DNA from: Paraspadella gotoi
Taxonomy: Eukaryota > Animalia > Chaetognatha
DNA length: 64,000 nucleotides
Assembly (NCBI GenBank): GCA_051294375.1
Contig: CM119263.1
Location: 7,107,645-7,171,644, forward strand
Direction of reading: 5' to 3'
The position numbers and the translations under genes are program-made. Shown in pieces: positions 1-12,013 of this stretch. Positions within the stretch are counted from its first letter, which is position 1, and every line of letters starts with the position of its first letter. The notes under the pieces are model-generated. The model worked only from the letters and a program-made list of their open reading frames with translations, was not told the origin of the DNA and did not search any database.

Positions 1-15
1 AGTTCATTTGGTCGA

Positions 16-48
16 AGAGAGAGAGAGAGAGAGAGAGACGAATGAGAG

Positions 49-79
<31 letters not shown>

Positions 80-296
80 GAGATGAGAGGAGGAGAGGAG
101 AGAGAGAGAGAGATAGAGAGAAACGAACGAAAGTAAGATCTTACTTTCTTACCTGTATTTTCCAAACATTTGACGAGCACGCATTAAAGGAAAAAATGAA
201 AGATAAACAAAGAAATTTAAAATATCATGAAATGACAAAAAAACGCATAGAAAAAAAAAGAAGACAGAAAGAGAGAGAGGAAAGAGAGAAGGACAG

Positions 297-327
<31 letters not shown>

Positions 328-371
328 TAGAGGCGAGATGAGAGAGAGAGAGAGAGAGAAGACAGAAGAGA

Positions 372-405
<34 letters not shown>

Positions 406-406
406 A
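16..406. repeat. Interrupted (AG)n microsatellite tracts
   Basis: Read directly. Similar (AG)n/(CT)n tracts recur, e.g. 11880-12010, 17149-17250, 33274-33364, 43151-43372, 48100-48216, 50134-50420. They generate the ERER/SLSL ORFs in the track. Confidence 0.95.
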
Positions 407-959
407 AAAATACAGAAGTCTCGAAAATGAAGGGGGTTCGCCTCGCCGGAGAAGAGTTTACAGATAGTCGAGATGAGAGTCGGGTTAAATAGAATAAATA
501 TCTAAAAAAAAAAATTAGGAAAATTAAAAATTAATCAAGAATAAGAACGACGACGTTTCTTTCGAGTCGATTACTACATTTTATAATTACTTATTATTTA
601 AACTTTTTAAATTTTTTTATACTTGATTTTTTCCCCGCCTCTGTTGCAGTTGCTAGCCGAAAAACCGCCACTTTTGTCGGTCTCCTTCGTCGGCCCGCTC
701 GTTCCCTCCACTCTTTTCAATTCGCAATCAGTTTCCGCCTCTTTGGCCAACAAATGAACAAACAAACCAGAGAAACAAAACGAAAGAAGAAAAAAAAGGG
801 AGAACGGGATGAAACGAAAAGTTGTTTTGGTTCGTCGTGGTTGTTGTCGTTGTCGTTACTGTATCGGCGGAAGCCTAGGCGGCGTCCGTTGGAGGGCGTC
901 GCGGGGCGTTGAAGCCAATCAAGGGCCAAGGAGCGGGAAATCAATAACCGAAAGGGCGA

Positions 960-3900
960 AGTGAAAGAGGGGATGGGGAGACGGGGAAAGGTGGGGACTG
1001 TTGAGGAATGGGGAAGAGTTAAGAAGGTGGAGTGGGGAGGGAGCGGGGAAAGGAGTGGTGTAGCATGGGGAACGAGTGAAAGAGGGTGGAGAGGGGAAAG
1101 GGGAGGGGGGTAGGGGTGTAGGTGGGGGAGTTAAATGAGGGCGGAGGGGGGGCAGCGGGGAAAGGAGTGACATAGTTCAGGATGCGGAAAGAGTTAAAGA
1201 GATGTGGAGAGGGGAAGGGGAGCGGGAAAGGTGGAAACTTGTTAGGATGGGGAAAGAAGTTAAAGAGAGTGGAGAGGGCGAGGAGAGTAGGATGTTAGGT
1301 GGAACGATAAAGAGAGTGGAGAGGGGAAGGGGAGCGGGGAAAGGTGGAGAACTGTTAGGATTTGGAAAGAGTTAAAGAGAGTGGAGAGGGGAAGGGGAAG
1401 CGGGGAAAGGTGGAAACTGTTAGGATGGGAGAAAGGTTAAAAAGAGTGGAGAGGGAAGGGAGCGGGGGATATTGAAAGGATGGAAAGAGTTTAAAGAGGG
1501 TGGAGAGGGGAGGCAGGGAGCGGGAGGAGATGGGTGTGCATGGGGAACGAGTGAGAGGGTGGAGAGGGGAAGGGGAGCGGGGAAAGGTCGGGGACTATTA
1601 GGATGGAGAAGAATATATAAAGAGGGTGGTGAGGGGAGGGAGCGGGGAAAGGTGGGGACTTGTTAGGAGTGGGAAAGAGTTAAAGAAGGGTGCGAAGTAG
1701 GGAAGGGGAGCGGGGAAAGGTGGAGTTTAGGAATGCCGGAAAGAGATTAAAGAAGTGGACGAGGGGGAGGGGAGCGGGAAAGGTGGAAACTGTTAGGATG
1801 GGGAAAGTAAGAGGTGGAGAAGGGGGGGAGGTTGAGTAATGGAAAGGGTGTAAAGGAGAGGGGAAGGGAGCGGGGAAAAGTCGTGGAAACTGGTTAGGAT
1901 GGGAAAGAGTTAAGAGAGTGGAGCAAGATTAAAGAATCTGGAAGAGTGGGAGCGGGGAAAGGAGTGGGATGTAAGGATGCGGAAAGAGAAGTGAGAGGGA
2001 AAGGGAGGGGGAAAGTTGGGACTGTAGGTGGGAAGGTTAAAGAGGGGAGGGGGGAAGGGATTGGGAATGGATGTTAGGATGGGAAGAAGTTAAAGAGAGT
2101 GGAGAGGGAAAGGGGGAGCGGCGGAAAGGTGGACTGTTAGGATGCGGGAAAGTTAAAGAGAGAGTGAGAGCGGGAAGGGGAGCGGGGAAGGGTGGGGGAT
2201 GTTTAGGATGCGGAAGAGTTAAGAGGGTGGAGAGGGGAAAGGGGAGCGGGGAAGGTTGGAAACTGTTAGGATGGGGAAAGAGTTAACGAGGTGGAGGGGT
2301 AGGGGCGTGTTGGAGCGGGGGAATGTGGGAGCGAAGTTAAACGGGTGAGAAGGGAGGAGGGAGTGGAAACTGTTAGGATGGGAAAGAGTTTAAAGAGAAG
2401 TGGAAGAGGGGAAGGCGGAGCGGGGAAAGGAGTGGGAGTGGATTGCGAAAGAGTTAAAGAGATGGAGAGGGATGGGGAGCGGGGAAAGGTGGAAACTGTT
2501 TAGGATGGGGAAAGAGTTAAAGAGAGTGGAGAGGGAAAGGGGAGCGGGCGGAAAGGAGTGGGATGTTAGGATGCGGAAAGAGTTAAAGAGAGTGGAGAGG
2601 GGAAGGGGAGCGGGGAAAGGTGGAAACTGTTAGGATGGGAAAGAGTTAAAGAGAGTGGAGAGGGGAAGGGGAGCGGGGAAAGGTGGAAACTGTTAGGATG
2701 CGGGAAAGAGGTTAAAGAGAGTGGAGAGGGAAGGGGAGCGGGGAAAGTGAGTGGATGTAAGGATGGGGAAAGAGTTAAAAGAGGGTGGAGAGGGGAAGGG
2801 GAGGGGAAAGGAGTGGGATGTAAGCATGGGGAACGAGTTGAAAGAGGGTGGAGAGGGGAAGGGAGCGGGGAAAGTGGGGATTTAGGATGAGAAACAGATT
2901 TAAAGAGGGTGGCTAGGGAAGCGGGAGCGGTGGAAAGGTGGGGCACTCGTTTAGCATGGGGAACGAGTTAAAGAGGTGGAGAGGGGAAGGGGAGCGGGGA
3001 AAGGTGGAAACTGTTAGGATGGGAAAGAGTTAAAGAGGGTGGAAGGGGAATGGGGAGCGGGAAAGGTGGAAACTGTTAGGAATGGGCGAAAGAGTTAAAG
3101 AGTGGAAGAGGGGAAAGGTGGAGCGGGAAAGGAGTGGGATGTTAGGATGCGGAAAGGAGTTAAAGAGAGTGGAGAGGGGAAGGGGGAGCGGAAGGAGATG
3201 GGAAACTGCATTAGATGGGGAAAGAGTTAAAGAGAGTGGAGAGGGGAAGGGGAGCGGGAAAGGTAGTGGGATGTAAGATGGCGGAAAGAGTTAAAGAGAA
3301 GTGGAGGGGGAAGGGAGCGGGGAACGGAGTGGGTATGTAGGATGCGGAAAGAGTTAAAGAGAGTGCAGAGGGGAGGGTGAGGCGGGGAAAGGTGGAAACT
3401 GTTAGGAATGTGGGAGAAGAGTTAAAGAGAGTGGAGAGGGGAAGGGTGAGCGGGGAAAGGAGTGGCGATGTTAGGATGCGGATAAGAGTTAAAGAGAGTT
3501 GGAGAGGGGAAGGGTAGCGGGGAAAGGTGGAAATGTTAGGATGGGAAAGAGTTAAAAGAGAGTGGATAGGGGAAGGGGCGCGGGAAGAAAGGTGGAAACT
3601 GTTAGGATGGGGAAAGAGTTAAAGAGAAGTGGAGAGGGGAAGGGGAGGCGGGGAAAGGAGTGGATGTTAGGATGCGGAAAGAGTTAAAAGAGAGTGGAGA
3701 GGGGAAGGGGAGCGGGAAAGGTGGAAACTGTTAGGATGGGGAAGAGAGTTAAAAGAGAGTGGAGAGGGAAGGGGAGCGGGGAAAGGAGTGGAATGTTAGG
3801 ATGGGAAAGAGTTAAAGAGAGTGAGAGGGGAAAGGGGAGCGGGGAAAGTGGAACTGTTAGGATGGGGAAAGAGTTAAAGAGAGTGGAGAGGGAAGGGAGC

Positions 3901-4252
3901 GGGAAAGGTGGAAACTGTTAGGATGGGGAAAGAGTTAAAGAGAGTGGAGAGGGGAAGGGGAGCGGGAAAGGAGTGGATGTAAGGATGGGAAGAGTTAAAG
4001 AGGGTGGAGAGGGAGGGGAGCGGGGAAAGGAGTGGGATTAGAGCATGGGAGACGAGTAAAAGAGGGTGGTGAGGGGAAGGGGAGGAGCCGAGGAAAGGTG
4101 GGGACTATTTAAGGATGGAGAAAGATTTAAAGAGGGGTGGTGAGGGGATAGGGGAGCACGGGGAATAGGTGGGGACTGTTAGGATGGGGAAAGAGTTAAA
4201 GAGAGTGGAGAGGGGAAGGGGAGCGGGGAAAGGAGTGGGATGTAAGGATGGG
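960..4252 (+). repeat. Purine/G-rich tandem satellite, 63-bp monomer, roughly 50 copies
   Basis: Monomer AGTTAAAGAGAGTGGAGAGGGGAAGGGGAGCGGGGAAAGGTGGAAACTGTTAGGATGGGAAAG; period measured 2581->2644. Several monomer variants and many homopolymer indels. Confidence 0.95.
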
Positions 4253-5009
4253 TCAAATACGTAGAGTGGTGCGCGGAAGAGATGGGAGGGTAAAAATAGG
4301 AAACCGGCTGAGTAAAAGTGATAAATACAAATTACAAAGGGTTATTAAAAATTCTTATTGTTGGATATTTAAATTAGTTTCCTCCTTCATACCTAAATAA
4401 ATATTCGAAGATTATCTTTAATCGTCTTTGTACGAAGCGACGAAAAGTTAGTGTAAAAGTAACAGTAGTACATTTAAATTCGTAGAGTAACTGGCGGTTG
4501 TTGTCATTTATCTCTTAACAATTCCAACTTTACTTTTCGTCTTTCATGATTGACGATAATGAGAGCAACGCTCGAGGCTCGTTGGCGGTCACGACTCCGA
4601 CACAGCTTCAGACGCTGACGTTGTTACCTCCGCCAGGGCCGCCGTTGTCTCGTCCGCAAACGCCGCCGGCAACCCCGCCGCCAACGCCGCTGCCAACGAG
4701 AAGGAAAAGGTCGAGAAAGGCAATCTCGGCGTTAAAGGGCAACTGAAAAACAATTATCATAATTGTGCTGAACTGAACGAAGCTCGGCGCTATTATCAAC
4801 GGTCGGCTTGTGGCAAGCGACCGTGCCAAGTGGCAAACGGAAATGGCAACGTGCATGAGCAACATAGATCGTTTTGGCGATAATAGCCCATGAGGGTGAC
4901 ATCGACGACTCATTGCAAACATAAAATCGTTGCGAGAAACAAAAATTCTCTAATTTTATGTTTCCGCGACGATTTTTATTTTTGAATGATCTTCAGTCTT
5001 ACTTCTATT

Positions 5010-5199
5010 TTATGGTGCCACACGACAGAACAAATTACCGCCTGTTATTCGCTAGTTTCAGAACTTCGGATCAGACAGTAGTCCGCCACTTCAGGTGGGT
5101 TAGACGTCCCGTCCCGCTTACAAGCATTGATACCAATGGGGCCCGAACCCAGGAGTGCTTGGTGAGAAGAGAGAAATCTCGCTCTTACGCCACCGAGGC
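5010..5199 (-). mobile_element. tRNA-derived SINE (family A, copy 1) with internal twister-like motif
   Basis: Minus strand starts GCCTCGGTGGCGTAAG (A-box-like) and has a T-arm/B-box TGGGTTCGGGCCCCA (around 5137-5151). The body GGGACGGGACGTCTAACCCACCTG...CCGAAGTTC is homologous to 30675-30730 (+). 3' boundary approximate. Confidence 0.65.
5051..5125 (-). ncRNA. Circularly permuted (P5-type) twister-ribozyme-like motif, family A copy 1
   Basis: GCUUGU..GG-GA-CGG-GACGUC-UAA-CCC-AC-[P3]-UCUGA-UCCGAAGU-UCUGA-A-ACUAGC. T1 CGG/CCG and T2 AC/GU can pair; mismatches in P3, P4 and P5. Folded by eye. Confidence 0.45.
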
Positions 5200-5645
5200 T
5201 GCGCTGTTGGACGCAGGCGGGTGGCGATAGTGAATTTGTTGCCAAAATTTCACTTTGAATATATTATGAATTCTCCTATGTTGTATCATTTCGTATCTTC
5301 GGGGAAAACACCGATTCAATTCTCAGATATTTTTAGACACTAATCCTGTCAGAATCAGGACTATGAAACTCTATTAATTTTTCTGAATGCGGTTTGGTTT
5401 AATGGTTTCAATGAATCGTTGTAAACAAAACTTGGAAGCAAATTTTTTGCTCGAAATCAAGGAATGATAGCCATATAGCCATGGCTCGTTAATCTAGCAT
5501 TGTATCATCCTATTAAAAAAGTGACATCTTATTCTTGTGAAAATAATTTTGAAGACCTCACTTTTACAGCAAGCCTTCATTTTTCTGCTTTCACTCACCC
5601 TTTCAACTCGTCACATTTTTTTAACGAAAGTTCTCCCCCTTCTCT

Positions 5646-5687
<42 letters not shown>

Positions 5688-7860
5688 TCCCTCTCGTGAA
5701 CCGAGACAATGTCTTTGTTCACGAGGCTCAAGAATTGATGGCTTTAAAAATGCAAGGGGCGGGTGACGTCGCCGCATTCTGGTCGGCTGCTGCAGGAGCG
5801 TCAGCAGCGTCAGGACCATTCGGAGACGCTAGAAGGGGAACAGATGGTCTTTCAGCAACGGCGATGGCATCAGTGAGGAAAAGGCGACAGTGATGGCAAA
5901 AACGGTAGCTGCGACGGTTTCTTGGATTAGAATCCGAGGCGGCGTCAGGGATGACAGAAAACCCCGGGCAGGCTGCTGCAAAAGTGGCGACAGCGTCAGA
6001 GCCGAGCTTCGGGCGGCGTTGGCGCCAAAATAAAAGATCGTCTGGCGGTCGCGTCGAGTTTTTGACGCGTCATCGGTCATCTTTTGAAAAACGTGACTCG
6101 TTTCGTCCCCCGGGGGGTTGATGGTGCTGGGGGACGGTGCTGGGGGTTGGTGCTGGGGGAAGACTCCGGGTTTAGGATGGAGGGATTCGAAGAAGGAAGA
6201 TGAGTTGAAGTCTCGCGTTTGAAAAATGAAAGAATGGGCAAAATAGACTACCTTATAAGTTCATAATTTTTTTTGTGGATATCTTTAACCAAATAAAGCT
6301 GTAGATAAAAAAAAAGGAATGCCTCCTGCTTTATTTTCCTTATGACCACTTTCCCGCCCTCTGAGGCCACTGCGCCCAGAGTCTGCGCCTCATGAGACCT
6401 CGCCAAAAGATTGCGAGCCATGGGACCGCACCATCAGGCTTGGCAGTGACCCTGCGATCTCTCCCGTCGCCTGCGCCACGTGATTCTCGCCAAGTTTCAG
6501 CGGCCACGCCTACCGTCGATTAATGGACCGGAAATGGGGACTTCAACTTTTAACGTCTCTCTCTCTCTCTTCTTCTCTCTTCTCTCTCTCTCTCGCGTCC
6601 GCGGACCGAAAACTCTAACGGCGTTCGACTTTCCTTCGTAAAAAACTGAACCATTTTTTTGTCTCGACATTTTTTTTTGGCGACGGGACGTAAAAAAAAA
6701 AAAGAAAAAAAGAAAAGTGAATTTTGGAGTTTCGACCGAAAGAGAGAAACGGAGGAAAATAGAGAAAAATGGAGGAAAAAGGAAAGAGAGAGAAAAAAAA
6801 GGAAAGAGTTTTTATTTTTTTCGGTCGTCGCTCATTGTTATGACGCCGAAGGGGAAAGAGGAAGATAAAACCAAATCCGATTTCAACCTGTTTAGAATAT
6901 TAATACAAACTGGAAATCCCGAGTTTTAAAACGTTAAACTTGAAAAGGTTTTCTTCTTTTTTTTCTTTTTTCTATTTTTTTTTTTTTTTTTTTTTGAAAA
7001 AGGTGGGAGACAAGAAAGAGAGAGAAAGGAGATCTATTAAACGAGGGAGGGAAAAGTAAAAAGAAAATGAAAGAAGGAATGAGAATGAATTAAAGGCGGG
7101 AAGGAAAAAGAAAATAGACAACGAAAAAAAAAAGATGAAAAAGGAGAACAAAGATTTAATGATCACGTCTTTAATGATCTCAGAAAAAAAAAAGAGAAAT
7201 AAGACGAGAAAAGAAGGGAGGAACTAGAAGGGAAAAAAAAGACTGAGAACAAACGAATAAGGAAGAAAAAAGGAAAAAAAAGGAATGAAAGTAAAATGTA
7301 ATGAATAAAATCAAATTAGGAAATTTATACAATATACAATGTACAATATACAATGTAAATTGCCACAAACATTTCTTAGGTGAAAGCAAAACGGAAAAGT
7401 ACAGATAACATGAAGCAACTTAAAAAAAGTACAACCGTCGAGTAAAAAGGTTTAGGGCGGAAAAAAGACGATAGAAACGACGACGACGACGACGACGACG
7501 ACGTCTGAGAAGATTACGACGATGACGACGACGACGACGACGGTGATGATGGCGACGACAATTACGGAAATGGGAAAAGTGAAAGAAAGAGGAAATGAGA
7601 GCGAAGAAACAAAAGAAAAGAGGAAAAGTTCGAAAGCTTGAAATAAAAGATTCTTAAGCAGCTTTGGAAAAAAAAAGGAAGAGAGAGAGAGAATCAGGGG
7701 GGAAAAGAGATTAAAAAAAACAAAAAAAAGTAAAAAAAAAGAGAGTGAGAGTGAGAGAAAGAAAGAAGAGAGAAAGAGAGAGAGAGAAGAGAGAGGAGAG
7801 AGAAAAGAGAGCAAAAAAGGAAATGGCGTTGCGCGCCTTGAAGCGTGGCGCCGTCGCAAG

Positions 7861-7880
7861 GAGGCGGGACTAAAAGGTCA
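7861..7880 (+). promoter_or_regulatory. GC-box-like element and AGGTCA half-site upstream of the DCXR-like gene
   Basis: GAGGCGGGAC followed by AAAGGTCA in a CpG-rich patch ~430 bp upstream of the ATG. Motif match only. Confidence 0.2.
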
Positions 7881-8294
7881 GCCTCTCGGGGATTTGATGA
7901 AGCGGTTAACAATCGTCTTGTCGCATCTTATGCGATCGCATTAACGACGCCGAATGCGAGCAAATCTCTTTACCGATTTTATGTGCGCGTTAAGTGTTTA
8001 TCGAGCTGTAGGTGCACGCAAATGTGCACGTCGATAAGAATTCCACCCGAAATTTTTACTCCTTTTTTTCAAAAATCCGTTCATCTTTTCAAGATATAGG
8101 GAATTTGTTGTTCTAATGTATACTTAAGAAATTTTTTAAATATATTTACCTCGGTAAATGGAAGATACCGTTTTTGATACCAGTTGGTTATCAGTGACTT
8201 TTAACAAACGCGTCATATCTCTTCATTATCTAATCTTTAGATCCAACTTGGAATTAGCTAAAGTTCTCTAAACCGCTTTGACTCTCAGTACAAA

Positions 8295-9625
8295 ATGTCG
8301 ACCAAACTAAGTTTTAACTTTCTCGGCAAGCGCTGTCTCGTCACCGGCGCCGGAAAAGGAATCGGCCGAGGATGCGTCCAAGCGCTCGTCCGCGCCGGCG
8401 CCAACGTCTTCGCCCTCTCGCGGACCCAAGAGGATTTGGATTCGTTGGAGGATGAAATGGCACAAGAGGGCAAGAAGCACATGGTAAAGTTCAATGCATC
8501 GACCTGCAGTTAGTTCTACAGTCTATAATTAATCGTACAGGTTCCATATCATTAAAAAAAATTTACAATTTTAATTATTTATCCAGTAAAAGTACATCTT
8601 TCAATTATACTTAAATGTTTTAAAGAATCTATTTGTAAATTTTATTCTGATAATGGAATCTGAGTATTTGGTCAGATAACAACAATGAACGTGGATGTTT
8701 CTAATTGGAACTACGCACGGGAAGCTGTGGAGAAATGCCTTCCAGTAGATCTGCTTGTCAACAACGCGGGCATTTCCGAGGTCCGCTCTATTTTAGAAGA
8801 TACTAATCAAAACATCGACCTTTTCTTGGACACTAATTTTAAATCCATGATGAACGTGACACAGGTAAGCGTGTTTTTTTTTGTTTTTTTTTGGTTGTAC
8901 CGAATTCTTATAAGTATGTTAAAAACATTTTTTATAAAGTATTAGTACTTCTCAATGGCTTTTGGCATTTAAACCGAAACAAAACTTGCTTTTGTTTATT
9001 AATGGTGCATAACTTTTATTTTCAAGAAATAAAAAGAATATTGAATGGCTACAAATGATCAGGTCGTCGTCGATCGAATGGTGAAAGACAACATTGCGGG
9101 AAGCGTCGTGAACTTGTCTAGTTTGGCCGCTTTGCGCGGATACCCTTCGGTGACTTACTGCTGTACCAAGGGAGCTATGGACGCCGCTACGAGATCTTTG
9201 GCTTTGGAATTAGGTTAGAGAATTTATAAAAATTTTCATAAAATATGAAAAATAAATAAAAAAAAATTAAATTAAAATCTATGGGCAAAGCAAAGATTGA
9301 TCCCTAAGAATAAGATAAAGAAATATTTTAACTATTTCTCCTATAAAATAACACGATAATTCTTTCGTTAATCGATTTTTTTTTTCCTCCAGGCCCCAAA
9401 GGAATCCGGGTGAACTCTGTCAACCCGACGTATTCCATCACTCGCATGACAGAATTCCTTCGGATCGACCCCGAGTGGACATCGGCGGCCTTGTCGAGGA
9501 TCCCCTTAAGGAGATTCCCCGAGGTCGAAGACATCGTGGACCCCGTCCTCTTCCTCCTCAGCGACGGATCCAAGATGATCACTGGTTCCTCGATCCTCGT
9601 CGACGGCGGCCACGCCATCTCCTGA
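8295..9625 (+). CDS. DCXR: L-xylulose reductase / dicarbonyl reductase-like SDR, 253 aa; exons 8295-8483, 8676-8864, 9063-9213, 9393-9625
   Basis: Three GT-AG introns (phases 0,0,1) join into one frame of 762 nt. Motifs: TGAGKGIG (Rossmann), SRT (NADP-type), [13 protein letters not shown], catalytic [31 protein letters not shown]...ITGS...VDGG. These closely follow human DCXR as recalled. Confidence 0.93.
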
Positions 9626-9763
9626 CAAGGAAAAGGCCTTCACAGCTTAACTATTTGGTAACATTTGTGGGCAAAGTCCAGCTTAGTGAAATACATTTGA
9701 CTAAACTATTGATTAAACTATTTTCTATTACATGTACTTACAAATGCCCTTAGAAAGGAACGA

Positions 9764-9769
9764 AATAAA
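9764..9769 (+). terminator. Putative polyadenylation signal of the DCXR-like gene
   Basis: AATAAA ~140 nt after the TGA stop. Confidence 0.55.
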
Positions 9770-11923
9770 TGTAACATGTTGCTTAAATTTTTATTAAATG
9801 AGTTTTTTTAAGTCGCTGAAAAGAAATGAGAATTCGTTCTTTGAATTACGATGACGAATGCCTGAAGTATTAAAACCTTAAATCTATCTCAATTCAGCTC
9901 AATGGTATTTGTTGTCATCAACGTCTCAGATAATCAAATCAACTGTGTTAACAAAGATTCTATTCCATCTGAACCAACTGAGATCGATGCTGTGGAAATC
10001 GTTAGCTGCAGATTTTTTTTTTTCGCGGCGAAAATCGGGAGGAGAAATTCTTTCGTGCGAATCTGTGACTCTACAGAGTCTACATGCGTCTCTTTTGACA
10101 AGTCGTAAAACGAAGTTGAAGGCAAGTTGAAGAAAGCACCCAAAATGAGGATAGAAAGATAAGAGAAAGAAATAAAAATGAAAAAAGAAAGATCAGAAAA
10201 AGAAATAGAAAGAAAAAAAGAAAGAAAGAAAGTAGAAAGAAAGAAAAATGATAGAAAGAATGAAAGAAAATAGAAAGAATGAAAGAAAATAGAAACAAAG
10301 AAAATAGAAACAAAGAAAATAAAAATAAAAATGATAGAAAGAAAGAAAAAAGAAAGAAAGAAAGAATGAAAGAAAGACAGTAAGAAAGAAATAAAGAGAA
10401 AAAGAAATAAAGCGGATTTAAAAAAAAAATGCAAAGCAAAGAGAAAAAAGCGTTCACGGTTGAGAAGCTCAGAGGTTCTCGACTCTTAACGAATAAGAAA
10501 CGACGATGGACGCTTTGGGTGACGACGACGACGGCGACGACGACGACGAATGGGAACACGAAAGTAATGTTTGTGAAACCCTGTTTAATTACAACGAAAA
10601 AAAAAAGATTATTAAATCTGGAAAGTTAGCTAACGGAAATAAACATGGCGAACGCGTCAAAGACGCTGTTGATGACGACGACAAAGACGTCTACGACGAC
10701 GACGCTGATGACGACGACGACGACGACAATTACGACGTCAAACTCCCTTCACACTGTCACGTTTTCTTCTTTCGCCAACAAGCGCAAATTAAGACGCAAC
10801 GGAAAACTTGCGTCGGAATTATCGACGCAAAGCGTAAACAGAAAACAAACAGCAACGACAAAATGCTCGATCGGGGCTCGTATGTAGTATGATAGAGACG
10901 GAAATAGAATAGAGGATGTATGATATAAAGCGGAAAGGATTTAAGAGGTTGATAACAAACATCTTTCCGTCCTCCTTGTACTCTCTTCAGTGAATGACGA
11001 AAACGAGGCTAGGAAGAGGAGGAAGAGGAGGAAGAGGAAGAGGAAGAGAGCGATTGAACAAAACCTCGATCGTAAAAAGAACGAAACAATTGGTACAGCT
11101 TGACCCGGGTCAAGTCGACATGAGAAACATGAACTTTTTCGAGATCTCCCTCGCACATATGCCTAGAAAATGGTTAGACGATTTGGAAAGGAACTTCTGT
11201 GACGAAAAAGAAAAAAAAAGGCCAAAAAAAAAAAGAAATGAGACGAGGACGAAAAAAAAATAAATGATTTTTCACCACAGATTCACAGTCGATCGACAAA
11301 TTGTAGAAAGTTGATCAGTGACAAAAAAGTCAATCGAGACTTTAATCTGTCTCGGTTTTTCCTTCCAAGACTCAATCTTGATATCGTTCTTTCGACGCTG
11401 TCTCTCTCTCTCTCTCTCTCTCGCAACTTGATGATAACGAAAGCGGACAACGCGACCGCCGACGAACTGACATTGCCACTGACGATAAAAAGCAAAACAA
11501 CGACGACGACGACGATGACGATCGTAACTGTTGCTAAGACACAGGAATACAATTACGAAAAAAAAATCGCAAAGAAAAAAAAGAAAAGAGGTTTTTTTTT
11601 TGTTTCCAGGGAAGAAACGATCTGGCAGACGGTTGAATGTCGTTACAAGAATGACAGAGCTTGAAACTATTTATCATAACTTGTCGCCGAGAAAAAACCT
11701 GGTTCTTCCTCTCATTTCTTTTTTCCTTTTTTTTCTTTTTAATTTTTTTTTATCTTTTCTCTCTTCTCGATTCTCTGGCAGCTTTTTACCTCTTCAACTT
11801 TTTTTTCTTTGAGTGATTTCTAAAAAAAAAAAGAATTCTTCGCAAAAAAGAATTGTGAGTGTAGAAGAGAGAGATTGAAAGAGAGAGACAGTGAGAGAGG
11901 AGAGAGAGAGAGAGAGAGAAGAC

Positions 11924-12013
<90 letters not shown>

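Noticed and set aside
960-4252. ORFs inside the 63-bp satellite as a repetitive protein gene
   Set aside because: Frames are broken constantly, the monomer has TAA/TAG in + frames, and there is no splice or domain support.
4955-5000. Hammerhead-like CUGAAGA...GAAACAU on the minus strand
   Set aside because: No stem II pairing and no NUH/stem I.
5130-5199. Functional tRNA gene
   Set aside because: Only the T-arm pairs; acceptor and anticodon stems are not intact, and it is fused to a repeated body, so it was called a SINE head.
4546-6080. GC-rich ORFs (Pro-rich 4546-4746; 5537-5893; 5829-6080) as genes
   Set aside because: Short, with no recognisable domain and no consistent splice structure.
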